Numbered from the stretch's first letter, positions 31,038 to 41,747 are shown. The stretch: 64,000 bases of DNA from an uncultured Bacteroidota bacterium (GCA_963700635.1 CAVOYH010000002.1:174413-238412); one strand, 5' to 3'. Numbers and translations: made by a program. The notes: a model not told the origin generated them from the letters alone.

Positions 31038-33077
31038 ATGTTGTTTCGATGTGCCGCTGTCCTCGTTCTCTGCTTCCCCCCCGCTGAAGTCCAGCAGATG
31101 GCGGCGCAGACGTTGCCTCCATCCGCGTCCACGATACAGGACTCCTCAACCCTCCTCCCTGCAGTCCGATCGTATGCACTGGACGAAGTGATAATCACCT
31201 CACAACGTATTCCCCGCCCGGTTCTTTTTTCCCCCTCTGCAACCACCGTCGTCTCACGCCGGAGCATCGAAGCGGCAGGGGGGACGTCACTCGGTGCGGT
31301 ACTGGCTTCCGGAACCGGACTGTTTATCAAAGATTACGGGGGACCGTCAGGAATCAAAACCCTCGCGCAGAGGGGGTTGGGGACCGAACACACGCTGGTA
31401 CTCTTGAATGGTATGCCAGTAAATAGTGTGCACAATGGTGGCGTGGATCTGGGGATGACTTCTGCGGATGACATTGAAAGGATTGAAATCGTCCGGGGAG
31501 GTCAGTCCGCACTTCACGGCCCTCACGCCGTTGCTGGAATCGTTAATGTTATCACCCGGACGATGCCCGACGAGGAGCACGCGATTGTCGGGATGGACTG
31601 GGGGGCCTTCGGTTACCGTTCTATCCGCCTGGCGATCGGGAACGGCGGGGCACCCGAAGGATGGCAACTCCGGTACGCACATGAACAGAGTGAGGAAAAC
31701 TATCCCTTTGAGTTCCGCAATGGTCCGTCAGTGATGGAGCTTTACCGCAAGAATGCGGATCTGCGGGTTGATCGGTGGTCGGCAGGATTCCGCACGTCAC
31801 TTTCTCCGGCCGTGCAACTGGATTCATACGCAACAGCTCAAATGGGAGAACGTGGTGTTCCCGGTATCGTCGCGGGGCCATTCAGTTCTTCACGCGCCCG
31901 GCAGCAGGACCGGCAGGCTATCGTTCAGACATCGGTCACGGCTGTTCTTTCGAACTCGTTATCATGGGAAACCCGGCTGCAGGGACAGTATGGCTATCAA
32001 CGATACCGCGATCCGGATCTTGTTATCGGGTATACCCCGGTTGACAACTATTCTGTGTCCCGCGAAGTCCGCGTTGAATCCCGCGTTGCGATGCAGAGTG
32101 CGTGGGGGATGCGTCTTAACCTGGGAGGAGATGTCACCCGCGCCGTGGGGCAGAGTAACGCACACAGGGAAGATGCCACGCGCACACAGTGGGGGTTTGC
32201 TCTGGCCGCTGAGCAACGCCTCGCCGGCGAAGAGGGAGGCATGTTGATCTCCCTGTACCCGGCCTTACGATACGATCGCGCCGGTCCGAATCTTGACGCG
32301 TGGAGTCCCCAGGTGGGAGTGCATGCACAGATCCCTTTGGGAGGTGTCACGACATTGCCGCGCACAATCCTCCGTTTTCGGGGAAGTGCAAGCCGCAATT
32401 TCAGGCCACCAACATTCAACGAACTGTTCTACTCCGGCGGTGGTGGGGTGGGGAATCCCCTCCTGAAGCCGGAACGATCCACATCACTCGAAGCGGGGAG
32501 CGGCATTTCCTTTGTCGCGCTCGGCGAACACCATCTTGACGTCACCCTGTTTGTTATCATGATGGATGACCGCATCGTGTGGGTGCCGGCAGGAACCGGT
32601 AGCGTCACACCGAAAAATCTCCGCGAAGTCCGGTCCCGGGGAGCGGAGCTTGTGTACTCATTTGCGCTTGGGGGGGTGACGCTGACCGCCCACTATGCAC
32701 GGAGCAGATCCGAAAAAATCTCTGCGGATTACCCTGGCGACCCGTATAGGAATGTCCAGTTGATCTACTCGCCCGAGGAAATGGTCGGCATTCGGAGCTC
32801 ATGGTACCTGGATATTCAGGAGGGCATTCTGGATGCGCTGGAGTGCGGTGGCGGATATACCTTTGTGGGCCATCGGTTTGTCACAGAGGACAACGGGCTG
32901 TTTCTTCCCGGTTATCATCTGCTGCAGGCGGGGGGAGGCGTGCGGCTGCGCCTGGCCGGGTGGCGTGTGCGTGTGCGGGGAGATATCACAAATCTCCTCA
33001 ATACATCCTACGAAACGATGGCAGGATATCCCATGCCTCCCCGATCAGTACGGTTAACGTGTGAGATTCTTTATTAA
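31038..33077 (+). CDS. btuB: TonB-dependent cobalamin receptor (BtuB-like)
   Basis: TonB box LDEVIIT, plug motifs (IKDYGG, RG....HT.VL.NG, IERIEIVRG..S..HG..A..G.VN), FRPPTFNELF, NP.LKPE, terminal aromatic residue; downstream of a B12 riboswitch. Confidence 0.85.
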   Translation: MLFRCAAVLVLCFPPAEVQQMAAQTLPPSASTIQDSSTLLPAVRSYALDEVIITSQRIPRPVLFSPSATTVVSRRSIEAAGGTSLGAVLASGTGLFIKDYGGPSGIKTLAQRGLGTEHTLVLLNGMPVNSVHNGGVDLGMTSADDIERIEIVRGGQSALHGPHAVAGIVNVITRTMPDEEHAIVGMDWGAFGYRSIRLAIGNGGAPEGWQLRYAHEQSEENYPFEFRNGPSVMELYRKNADLRVDRWSAGFRTSLSPAVQLDSYATAQMGERGVPGIVAGPFSSSRARQQDRQAIVQTSVTAVLSNSLSWETRLQGQYGYQRYRDPDLVIGYTPVDNYSVSREVRVESRVAMQSAWGMRLNLGGDVTRAVGQSNAHREDATRTQWGFALAAEQRLAGEEGGMLISLYPALRYDRAGPNLDAWSPQVGVHAQIPLGGVTTLPRTILRFRGSASRNFRPPTFNELFYSGGGGVGNPLLKPERSTSLEAGSGISFVALGEHHLDVTLFVIMMDDRIVWVPAGTGSVTPKNLREVRSRGAELVYSFALGGVTLTAHYARSRSEKISADYPGDPYRNVQLIYSPEEMVGIRSSWYLDIQEGILDALECGGGYTFVGHRFVTEDNGLFLPGYHLLQAGGGVRLRLAGWRVRVRGDITNLLNTSYETMAGYPMPPRSVRLTCEILY

Positions 33078-33104
33078 TGTGAACAACAAGTATCGGATAA
33101 TTCG

Positions 33105-34169
33105 ATGAAATGTTCCGTGTTGTACGTCCTGATGTCCATACTGCTGGTATCCTGCACCAAAAACCCAACCGGACTGGAAATCAGCGAGACAATCACTCCG
33201 GTTGCAAAAGGTGTGTATATCCTTCATGAAGGTAACTATGGTGATCCTTCGGGAGCGCGGCTCGCCCTGTACGATCTTACCGTGGACACCGTCTTCACCG
33301 ATGTTGTTGAGGGAGCAAACCAGGGGGCGCATCTGGGAAGTACCGGTGATGATATGCTGTTGTTCCGGGATAGAATCTATGTGCTCATGAGCGGATCCGA
33401 GAATATCGTTGTCCTCAGTCGAAACGACCACCGTGTGGTACAATCAGCGTATTTTCCGGGTTGGGTTCCCCATGCGATGGTCATTGACTCGCTGCGGAAC
33501 AGGATCTATGTTACCCGGCTCTACAAGAGTTCGGTCATGGCTCTTGATTTGACCACCCTGGCCGTGCTTGATTCTGCTGTAGTCGGGGCGAATCCACAGG
33601 AACTGGTCCTGGCGGGGGACGAACTGTTCGTCTGCAACTCGGGGTATGGATCGGAGAATACTGTGAGTGTGCTTGCGGTTGCGCCATTGCAGACCCGGGC
33701 GACGGTGCGCGTGGGAGCAGGACCCACAGGGATAACACAAGCGGGTGATGGAACTCTCTGGGTTGCCTGTACAGGCAATCCATATGGCACGCCGGCAGTC
33801 CCGGGTTCCATCTATTCCATCAACCCGATCACCCGTGTGGTAAAAGATTCGGTTCTGTTCTCAGGTCCGCTCTGGGGCTCGATGTGCGTGGGTGCTGATG
33901 GAGCGGGGTATTTTCTGGGGGTCTCCCCTGGAAGCTATTATGGGGGACCGGTTCATCGGATACATTTGAACACTCTGGTCGTTACCACCATGGTCGTGCC
34001 CGGCACATTTTATGCCCTGGGCGTTGACCGGGGTTCGGGAGATATGTATCTTGCCGATGCGAAAAGCTTCACGACCCAGGGAGAAGTTCGATCACTAACC
34101 TCCACGCTGGCGCACAAACGCACCGTGCCAGTGCAGCGTGGGCCTGCAGTATTTGCATTCACGCGGTAA
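33105..34169 (+). CDS. BtuG-like beta-propeller surface lipoprotein (YncE/DUF5074-like)
   Basis: Lipobox LVSC; GVYILHEGNYG..LALYD motif resembling Bacteroides BtuG; propeller repeats (VG.NP, VG.GP); adjacent to btuB. Confidence 0.78.
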   Translation: MKCSVLYVLMSILLVSCTKNPTGLEISETITPVAKGVYILHEGNYGDPSGARLALYDLTVDTVFTDVVEGANQGAHLGSTGDDMLLFRDRIYVLMSGSENIVVLSRNDHRVVQSAYFPGWVPHAMVIDSLRNRIYVTRLYKSSVMALDLTTLAVLDSAVVGANPQELVLAGDELFVCNSGYGSENTVSVLAVAPLQTRATVRVGAGPTGITQAGDGTLWVACTGNPYGTPAVPGSIYSINPITRVVKDSVLFSGPLWGSMCVGADGAGYFLGVSPGSYYGGPVHRIHLNTLVVTTMVVPGTFYALGVDRGSGDMYLADAKSFTTQGEVRSLTSTLAHKRTVPVQRGPAVFAFTR

Positions 34170-34184
34170 GAAAGGGCGTATAAA

Positions 34185-36125
34185 ATGAGAAGGTTTCGTG
34201 TACTCGGTGTGTTGCTGACCGGTGTCATCTGGACGTGCACCTTCCTCCACGGCCAAACCGATCTGCCCGTTCGGGATCCTGCCGCTGCCGGTATCACAAA
34301 GCGGGCTGAACGGTATCCGTACGCGGTCACCCGAAATCAGATGCTCCCTGCACACCTGTTCCGCGCCGATACTTCGGGAAAGGGCCTTTCTTTTGACCTC
34401 GGCGATAGTACGCTGTTCGGCCAACTCCATGCGGGGCCTGCGTTCTTTGATGAGCAGCAGTCGGACTACCACGAAACGAGGTTCCGGCAGACCGTGGATG
34501 TCACAGCGGGCAGAGGTTTCCTTCCCGTAGCCCAGTATTTTGAAGCCGGTAACACCATCAATGCAAATCAGTGGGTGGACCGGGGCGTGCTTGGCTATCG
34601 CCTCGAGCTGATGCGTGTGGAGAACGGGCGGCCCGTCCACCACGGACTCGCAGACGGGCGTGTCTGGTTTAGCGTTGTGGGGGGGCGTGTGCGGCCTGTG
34701 GTTTCCATCTGTGAAGGGCCTGCCGTAAACCTGGTGGTGAGTGATCATCCGGAATGGATTGTTGTCTCCAGCGAGACTGACCGGCCCGCTCGTGTATGGC
34801 TGGAACTTGAGGGCGGCCGGGTGTTGGCCTCTCCGCTCGTTGGAAAAAGGCATGAAATCCGGGTCGACGGGCTACTTCCTGATACGCGATACCGGTACCG
34901 GGTGCTGGCCGTGGAAAGCGGAGATACGATCGGGACCCCGTGGATTCACTTCCTCAGCGCGCCGGCAAAGGGCACATCTGGAGTTGTGTTTGTCTATGCG
35001 GGGGACGGGCGCGCTGCCTCGGGCGGGGGTGAATATGGAACTCGTGGCGTGAACAGAAAAGTCGTCTCCCGCATAGCAGAAGAAGCACACAGGAAGGGAG
35101 CACGGTTTTTTCTGTTTGGCGGAGACCTGATCGGCGGGCATGTAAACTCCGTGGAGGCCTTCCGTACGCAGCTCAAATCCTTCAAACAGGCAATCGAGCC
35201 TTTCAGGCACAGCACGGCGTTTTATTCTGCGCTGGGGAATCACGAAACACTGCTGCACGTGTTTGACAACGGGAGCCGATACGGGTTGGGAATGGACAGG
35301 TGGCCATACGACACGGAGAGTGCGGAGGCGGTCTTTGCCGACGAGTTTGTGCACCCGCGAAACGGACCGACTCCACAGCCGGGTCTGCCGCCGTATGCTG
35401 AAACTGTATTTTCGTTCCAGTACGGCGATGTTCGGGTCATCGTATTTAACAACAACTACTGGTGGACTTCGCATTCCAGCATCCCGTCATTCGGCGGGTC
35501 GCCTGAAGGATACATACTGCCTGAACAACTCTCGTGGATCGAGCATGAACTTCAATCCGCCGAAGTTGATTCGACGGTCCGGCATATCCTTCTTCTTGCC
35601 CAGGAACCGGTATTTCCGGGCGGCGGACACGTCGGCGATGCTATGTGGCACAACGGTGATAACACGATGCGTGCATTCCAGAATGTGAACGGTGCGATGG
35701 TTCCATCGCCGATGGGGATTGTGGACGTTCGGAATCGGTTATGGGAGATGATCTGCCGGAACCCGAAGGTCGCCGCCGTCCTGGGCTCCGATGAACACAA
35801 TTATCAACGGATGCTTATCACGAATAACACGCCCGTCGGAGTCCCGAGTGAGGATGATATCGACGGCGATGGCAAGTTGCGTGACGGAAAGCTATCCCCG
35901 AATCCCGGTTTCGTGCGTCCCACGTGGTTCATCATCTCCGGAGGAGCGGGCGCACCATACTATACACAACAACATGCCCCGTGGAATTCTGCAGTCCTTC
36001 GTTTCACGCCGCAATCTCATTATGTTCTCTTTTCCTCGGAAACCGGGAAACTCAAACTTCAAGCATTCAGCGCCGGCGGGCAACTGCTTGACGAGGTGGA
36101 CGATCTCGTGACTGCCGGCCGGTAA
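34185..36125 (+). CDS. Secreted metallophosphoesterase (purple acid phosphatase-like, with FN3 domain)
   Basis: Signal peptide; H...V.GL.PDTRY.Y FN3 motif; GD, GGDL and GNHE motifs; later motifs are variant (AQEP, GSDEHNY). Confidence 0.8.
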   Translation: MRRFRVLGVLLTGVIWTCTFLHGQTDLPVRDPAAAGITKRAERYPYAVTRNQMLPAHLFRADTSGKGLSFDLGDSTLFGQLHAGPAFFDEQQSDYHETRFRQTVDVTAGRGFLPVAQYFEAGNTINANQWVDRGVLGYRLELMRVENGRPVHHGLADGRVWFSVVGGRVRPVVSICEGPAVNLVVSDHPEWIVVSSETDRPARVWLELEGGRVLASPLVGKRHEIRVDGLLPDTRYRYRVLAVESGDTIGTPWIHFLSAPAKGTSGVVFVYAGDGRAASGGGEYGTRGVNRKVVSRIAEEAHRKGARFFLFGGDLIGGHVNSVEAFRTQLKSFKQAIEPFRHSTAFYSALGNHETLLHVFDNGSRYGLGMDRWPYDTESAEAVFADEFVHPRNGPTPQPGLPPYAETVFSFQYGDVRVIVFNNNYWWTSHSSIPSFGGSPEGYILPEQLSWIEHELQSAEVDSTVRHILLLAQEPVFPGGGHVGDAMWHNGDNTMRAFQNVNGAMVPSPMGIVDVRNRLWEMICRNPKVAAVLGSDEHNYQRMLITNNTPVGVPSEDDIDGDGKLRDGKLSPNPGFVRPTWFIISGGAGAPYYTQQHAPWNSAVLRFTPQSHYVLFSSETGKLKLQAFSAGGQLLDEVDDLVTAGR

Positions 36126-36325
36126 AACAGAGCGGTGCGCGGGGTACGTTGTAGTGTTTCAGCGGACACGGGCGCCGCGGGGCATGCAGTATCCAGCATT
36201 CCCGTCATTGCCGGGTGATCCCATCCTGTGGCAAATCTGGCCGCATTTTCCTACATTACAATTCCTCCGGTCGCGATGTACAGTGACGGGAGCGTCCGCA
36301 GTTGTTTCATGATCGTAGGCACGCA

Positions 36326-37768
36326 TTGTCCACCGTTCGCGTTCGATTTGCTCCAAGCCCCACCGGGTTTCTTCATGTAGGCGGGTTGAGAACCGCGCTG
36401 TACAATTACCTCTATGCGCGAAAGCACAAGGGGAAGTGTATTCTCCGGATTGAAGATACCGATCGAACCCGTTATGTCGAAGGCGCCGTTGAGAACTTGA
36501 TCAGCACTCTCCATTGGGTGGGGCTGGAATTTGACGAGGGGCCACACGCGGGGGGGGATCGCGGGCCGTATGTGCAGTCGGAACGACTCAGCGTGTACCG
36601 GGATCATGCGGAACGCCTGGTCCGCGAAGGGAAGGCATACTATGCCTTCGACACTCCTGAGGAACTTGAAGTCATGAAGTCAGGGCAGGAGCTCCGACGG
36701 GTCACCCCGAAGTACGACCGCCGTGCGCTTGACCTCTCCGCGGAAGATGTAAGTCGGAAGCTGACAGAGGGTGTTCCTTCTGTGATTCGCCTCAGGATTC
36801 CGGATAATGTGACAGTCGCCGTGGACGATCTCATCCGCGGCCGGGTGGAGTTCGCCAGCGAGATGATTGACGACCAGGTTCTTCTGAAGTCAGATGGGTA
36901 CCCGACGTACCACCTCGCGAATGTTGTGGACGACCACCTGATGGGCGTTTCACACGTTATTCGAGGCGAAGAGTGGCTCTCCAGTACACCCAAGCATGTG
37001 ATCCTGTACCAGTATTTCGGGTGGGACATGCCTCTCTTTGCCCACTTGCCTCTGCTGCTTAATCCGGACCGCTCCAAATTGAGCAAGCGGCAGGGTGATG
37101 TGGCTGTTGAGGAGTACATGCGAAAAGGGTATCTCCCTGAGGCGCTCCTGAATTTTATTGTGTTCCTTGGTTGGAATCCCGGAGATGATCGTGAGATATT
37201 CTCGCTGGACCAGCTGGTTCAGGAATTCAGCCTTGAGCGGGTTGGCAAGTCCGGTGCGGTCTTCAATATGGACAAGCTCAATTCCGTCAACAAACAGTAT
37301 ATCCGTTCCACCGCGTCAGAAGACCTGGCGGATGCAGTCCGGCCTCGAGTGCGAACCCATGGATACGCAGTGCCGGACGAACAGTATCTTTCCGGAGTTA
37401 TCGGGCTGATGAGGGAAAGGGCAACCACGGTTGATGAGTTCGTGACGGGGTGCCCCTATCTTTTTGCCGACCCTGTTGCCTTCGATGAGGAGGCGAAAAA
37501 GAAGAGCTGGAAACCGGGAAGCGCTTCTGCTGTCCGGGAAGTTGCGACAGCACTGGGCGACATCTCGCAGTTTCAGGCGGGGGAGATCGAAATGGTGGTG
37601 CGAAGCGCGGCGGAGCGGTTAGGGGTGGGAACCGGAAAGATCATCCACCCGCTGAGGCTGGCGGTAAGCGGCACATCAAAAGGGCCGGGTCTCTTTGAGA
37701 TGATGGAACTGCTCGGGAAAACCACATGTCTGCGGCGAATCGAACAGGCCATTCACGCTCTTGGTTGA
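36326..37768 (+). CDS. gltX: Glutamate--tRNA ligase
   Basis: VRVRFAPSPTGFLHVGG, RIEDTD, KLSKR; TTG start assumed at 36326. Confidence 0.96.
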   Translation: MSTVRVRFAPSPTGFLHVGGLRTALYNYLYARKHKGKCILRIEDTDRTRYVEGAVENLISTLHWVGLEFDEGPHAGGDRGPYVQSERLSVYRDHAERLVREGKAYYAFDTPEELEVMKSGQELRRVTPKYDRRALDLSAEDVSRKLTEGVPSVIRLRIPDNVTVAVDDLIRGRVEFASEMIDDQVLLKSDGYPTYHLANVVDDHLMGVSHVIRGEEWLSSTPKHVILYQYFGWDMPLFAHLPLLLNPDRSKLSKRQGDVAVEEYMRKGYLPEALLNFIVFLGWNPGDDREIFSLDQLVQEFSLERVGKSGAVFNMDKLNSVNKQYIRSTASEDLADAVRPRVRTHGYAVPDEQYLSGVIGLMRERATTVDEFVTGCPYLFADPVAFDEEAKKKSWKPGSASAVREVATALGDISQFQAGEIEMVVRSAAERLGVGTGKIIHPLRLAVSGTSKGPGLFEMMELLGKTTCLRRIEQAIHALG

Positions 37769-37793
37769 TTCTGCAAAACCCTATGTCTATATT
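37765..37793 (+). promoter_or_regulatory. Putative promoter for folB-folK-dNK
   Basis: TTGATT-17 nt-TATATT; the -35 box overlaps the gltX TGA stop. Confidence 0.6.
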
Positions 37794-37813
37794 AGAACAT
37801 TACTGGCGGTAGA

Positions 37814-38188
37814 ATGGCACTTCCAGGGCGTAATGTAATCCGGATCCGGAACGCGGTGTTTTATGCATACCATGGTGTGATGCAGGATGAACAGAACCTG
37901 GGGGGGAAGTTCGAGCTGGACGTGGACATGGTCGGCGATTTTTCCGCAGCGGCAAAGACGGACTCCCTGAAAGGGACGGTTGATTACGAGCAGGTGTACG
38001 GCTTCATCCGCGCCACGGTCCTGGAGAAGAAATACTACCTGCTCGAAGCGCTTGCGCATACGATTGCCGCTGGACTGCTGGGGGAATACACGGCGATCAG
38101 TGAAGTAACGGTGCGCATTCGAAAACCCCATCCCCCGGTACGCGGGGTCGTGGATTATGTTGAAGTCGAAATGACTGAGCGCCGATGA
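37814..38188 (+). CDS. folB: Dihydroneopterin aldolase
   Basis: FYAYHGV..EQ..G..F.LD, TVDY, LLEALA, KPHPP. Confidence 0.95.
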   Translation: MALPGRNVIRIRNAVFYAYHGVMQDEQNLGGKFELDVDMVGDFSAAAKTDSLKGTVDYEQVYGFIRATVLEKKYYLLEALAHTIAAGLLGEYTAISEVTVRIRKPHPPVRGVVDYVEVEMTERR

Positions 38189-38691
38189 CAACATTTCGTG
38201 TCTTTGTCGGATTGGGATCAAATATCGGTGACCGTTTCAAGTATCTTACGGAAGCGGCCGCAGCGTTGCATGCCGTTCCGGATACATCCGTCGTCTGGTT
38301 CTCTTCTGTGTATGAGGCTGATGCATGGGGGAAAACAGATCAGCCGCGCTTTCTCAATACTGCATGTGAACTTAATACGACCCTGGAACCACGCGCACTT
38401 CTCGGTTTCCTGAAGAAGATCGAGGAGACGCTGGGACGGAGCAGTCACGACCGGTGGGGTCCCCGCGAAATTGATCTGGATATTCTGGTGTATGACGGGC
38501 TGGCCTTCGAGGACGAACTGGTCTGCGTACCGCATCGTGATCTCGAACACCGGCGCTTTGCGCTGGTTCCGCTGCGCGATATTGCGCCCGACCTCGTTCA
38601 TCCGGTCAACGGACTGACCATACTGGATATGGCCGCCGCATGTGCTGACCAGGGCCGGGTTGTGAAAACATCCCACCATATGCCGGTCTGA
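38185..38691 (+). CDS. folK: 2-amino-4-hydroxy-6-hydroxymethyldihydropteridine pyrophosphokinase
   Basis: GLGSNIGD, FLN, WGPREIDLDIL, PH, R.F.LVPL. Confidence 0.95.
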   Translation: MTTFRVFVGLGSNIGDRFKYLTEAAAALHAVPDTSVVWFSSVYEADAWGKTDQPRFLNTACELNTTLEPRALLGFLKKIEETLGRSSHDRWGPREIDLDILVYDGLAFEDELVCVPHRDLEHRRFALVPLRDIAPDLVHPVNGLTILDMAAACADQGRVVKTSHHMPV

Positions 38692-38719
38692 GCTTTGCCA
38701 TCTCGCTAAGGAGTAACGC

Positions 38720-39400
38720 GTGTCCAATCAGGAATCCCTTGAATCCATCATTGCCCGGAGCGACCACCGCTATATCGCAATCGAAGGTGTTATCGGTGCC
38801 GGGAAGACATCGCTCACGCAGATGCTGGGAGCCACGCTCGGGGCGCGTGTCGTACTCGAACAGTTCGAGGAGAACCCGTTCCTGAAGGACTTCTATCGGG
38901 ATCCGGAACGGTACGCGTTTCAAACGCAAATTTTCTTCCTGCTTACACGGTACAAGCAACAACGGAATCTTTTTCAGGGAGATCTTTTCCAGCAGATGCT
39001 GGTGACAGACTACATTTTTGAGAAGGACAAGATTTTCGCATATCTGAATCTGCAGGATGAAGAACTGAAGCTCTACGAGACACTGGTCAGCAGTATCGAA
39101 CACAATATCCCAACTCCTGATCTCGTCGTGTACCTGCAGTCCGGTGTTCCCCGGCTTATGCAGAACATCAGACAGCGCGGGCGGGAGATCGAACACCATA
39201 TGTCCGAAGCATATATCAAGGACCTGAATGAAGCCTACAACTACTTCTTTTTCAGGTACAAAGCCACGCCGTTGTTGATCGTGAATGCCACGGAGATTGA
39301 TTTTGTAGGGAACAAGGATCACTACGAACAACTCGTCAGGGAGATATTCCGCCCCACCCGGGCACCCGTGGAGTATTACAATCCTCATGTGAATCCGTAA
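38720..39400 (+). CDS. Deoxynucleoside kinase
   Basis: IAIEGVIGAGKT P-loop, NPFL..FY, TQ.FFL..R, PDLVVYL, RGR..E. Confidence 0.92.
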   Translation: MSNQESLESIIARSDHRYIAIEGVIGAGKTSLTQMLGATLGARVVLEQFEENPFLKDFYRDPERYAFQTQIFFLLTRYKQQRNLFQGDLFQQMLVTDYIFEKDKIFAYLNLQDEELKLYETLVSSIEHNIPTPDLVVYLQSGVPRLMQNIRQRGREIEHHMSEAYIKDLNEAYNYFFFRYKATPLLIVNATEIDFVGNKDHYEQLVREIFRPTRAPVEYYNPHVNP

Positions 39401-39409
39401 CCGGAGGAG

Positions 39410-39655
39410 ATGATGCGTCTTTTGGTGATAGTGTTCTATATTATTCTGGGGGTGATCCTCTGGAAAGTAGTTCGCGGTGCCCTCAGGATGATGCAGGGTG
39501 CTCATAAAGAGCGAAACGGACGCGTCCACTCGTCACAAGCTGACCAGGCCGTTCGGACGAAGGAGTCCCAACACCGTGAGATTCAGGAGGCGGATTTTGA
39601 AGATCTTACGCCCCCGCGAAAAGAGCCGCAAGGATCGAAGAACACCGACACATGA
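39410..39655 (+). CDS. Small single-pass membrane hypothetical protein
   Basis: GGAGGAG SD; N-terminal TM; IQEADFEDL acidic motif; ATGA overlap with the next gene. Confidence 0.7.
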   Translation: MMRLLVIVFYIILGVILWKVVRGALRMMQGAHKERNGRVHSSQADQAVRTKESQHREIQEADFEDLTPPRKEPQGSKNTDT

Positions 39656-40809
39656 CCCCCGCGGTGCCCAACCTCCGGAGTATTGAACGGGTTTTCAAAA
39701 AGGTTCTCCTGTTCCTCCTCCGGGTGGCCTTCAGATCGCGCCACATTCCTCCTGTGAATCCGGACGATTTCTCCCGCATCCTGGTAATCCGCCAGCATAA
39801 TCAGCTCGGCGATATGCTCTGTGTTACTCCTCTTCTCCGAACGCTCCGGCATAGGTTTCCCGGCGCGTTCATCGCACTCCTGACAAGCCCGGTGAACCAC
39901 GAAGTTATGCTGCACCATACAGCCCTGGACAACGTGATTGTTTTTGACAAGCGGAAGTTCCTCGATAATCACGGGTTTCATCCGGTTGTCTTCTGGCGAT
40001 TTGTACGTCAATTGCGGTCCTCTACGTTTGATCTTGTCCTTGTTCCAGCAACAGTCTCAACATCTGTAACGAGTGATCTGCTGGCTTTTTTCACGGGAGC
40101 ACGGGTGCGGATCGGGGCCGGGAGCATTGACGGCAAGGCCAACCCGTCAGCGTTTTTTTACACCCACGAACGTCAGCTTGCCTGGCCCGAGGGTATTCCG
40201 CGGCACCAGAGTGAGCGGAATCTGGATATTGCAGAGCCCCTCGGGTTGACCAGTGAGGATCTTACATTGAACCTGACCCTGACAGAAAAGGAAAAAGAGT
40301 GGGGACGTACCCAAATCTGTGACGTTTTTGGCGGTTCTTTCCCTACGATTGCGTACCATGTGGGAGCAGGAAAAAAGGCCAACAGGTGGCCCGCTGAGAG
40401 GTTTGCGCACATTATTAACACCCTCGGGCATGAGCTCGGGGTTCCGAGTCTTCTGATTTCTGGGCCGATGGATGAAACGCCGGTTCAAGATGTAGTCAGT
40501 AGATTAACTGTAAAGCACTATATCATTACAAAGCAAAGCATTAGAGCTGTTGCTTCATGTTTGTCCGCGGTGGATCTTCTGGTTTCCAATGACACCGGCA
40601 TCATGCATGTGGGGGCTGCAACGGGAACCACGGTGCTTTCGATATTTGGTCCCACGGATCCTCATCAGTGGGCACCTTGTGGACCAAAACATCGTTATAT
40701 TAATAGCAGCTCAGGTGATATCGAAGACATCCCGACCGGGGTGGTTCTGGAGTCAATACGCCGGATGTTGCGGAGCACGGGAGCAGCAGAAATAGAGGGA
40801 GCACCATGA
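39652..40809 (+). CDS. Glycosyltransferase family 9 (heptosyltransferase-like)
   Basis: ILVIR...[30 protein letters not shown]. Confidence 0.92.
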   Translation: MTPAVPNLRSIERVFKKVLLFLLRVAFRSRHIPPVNPDDFSRILVIRQHNQLGDMLCVTPLLRTLRHRFPGAFIALLTSPVNHEVMLHHTALDNVIVFDKRKFLDNHGFHPVVFWRFVRQLRSSTFDLVLVPATVSTSVTSDLLAFFTGARVRIGAGSIDGKANPSAFFYTHERQLAWPEGIPRHQSERNLDIAEPLGLTSEDLTLNLTLTEKEKEWGRTQICDVFGGSFPTIAYHVGAGKKANRWPAERFAHIINTLGHELGVPSLLISGPMDETPVQDVVSRLTVKHYIITKQSIRAVASCLSAVDLLVSNDTGIMHVGAATGTTVLSIFGPTDPHQWAPCGPKHRYINSSSGDIEDIPTGVVLESIRRMLRSTGAAEIEGAP

Positions 40810-41747
40810 TTATTCAACGCAGCCAGAGCATAGACTACGCCAGCGAAATCCTGCGTCTCAAGAAGGAGATGAACGCAGTGATTCTGGCGCACTACTACCA
40901 GGAATCTGAAATTCAGGATCTGGCTGACCATATCGGGGACAGTTTACAGCTGGCCCAATTGGCTGCCAAGACGACTGCAGACGTTATCGTGTTTGCGGGA
41001 GTTCATTTTATGGCCGAAACTGCCAAAATTCTGAATCCCGGCAAACAAGTGTTAATACCTGACCTGGACGCCGGCTGTTCTTTGGCGGAAGGATGCCCGG
41101 CTTCGGCGTTCAAAGCCATGAGGGCGCGACACCCGGACCATGTTTCCATCACGTATATCAATTGCTCGGCTGACGTAAAGGCCGCAAGTGACATCATTTG
41201 CACATCGAGCAATGCAGAAAAAATCATCCGGAGTATTCCATCCGGGAAACCCATTTTTTTCGCTCCCGACCGGAATCTGGGCCAGTACCTGATACGAAAA
41301 ACCGGCAGAGACATGCTGCTCTGGGAAGGCTCGTGCGTTGTGCATGAAACGTTCAGTCAGCAGAAGATTCTCGCCTTGATGCTTGAGTTTCCTGAAGCCG
41401 AGCTCATCGCGCACCCCGAGTGTGAAGAGCCGATCCTTGCACGGGCCTCGTTTGTCGGTTCAACTTCCGCGCTCCTCAAGTATGTCCAGTCTGCCCGGGC
41501 TGAGAGTTTTATCGTCGCGACGGAACCCGGCATTATCCACCAGATGAACAAAGCCGCTCCGGCGAAACGATACATACCCGCACCCCCGGAGGCAAATTGT
41601 GCATGCAACGAATGTCCGTACATGAAGCTGAATACGATGGAGAAGCTTTACCGTTGTATGAAGGACCGGACGCCCGAGATTGTGATGGAAGAGGCGACCC
41701 GCGAGCGGGCGCTGAAACCCATACAGCGTATGCTGGAATTAAGTTAG
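40806..41747 (+). CDS. nadA: Quinolinate synthase
   Basis: [46 protein letters not shown]. Confidence 0.97.
   Translation: MIIQRSQSIDYASEILRLKKEMNAVILAHYYQESEIQDLADHIGDSLQLAQLAAKTTADVIVFAGVHFMAETAKILNPGKQVLIPDLDAGCSLAEGCPASAFKAMRARHPDHVSITYINCSADVKAASDIICTSSNAEKIIRSIPSGKPIFFAPDRNLGQYLIRKTGRDMLLWEGSCVVHETFSQQKILALMLEFPEAELIAHPECEEPILARASFVGSTSALLKYVQSARAESFIVATEPGIIHQMNKAAPAKRYIPAPPEANCACNECPYMKLNTMEKLYRCMKDRTPEIVMEEATRERALKPIQRMLELS

Noticed and set aside
36159-36356. 65 aa minus-strand ORF between the phosphoesterase and gltX
   Set aside because: It overlaps the gltX start, with no SD and no motif.
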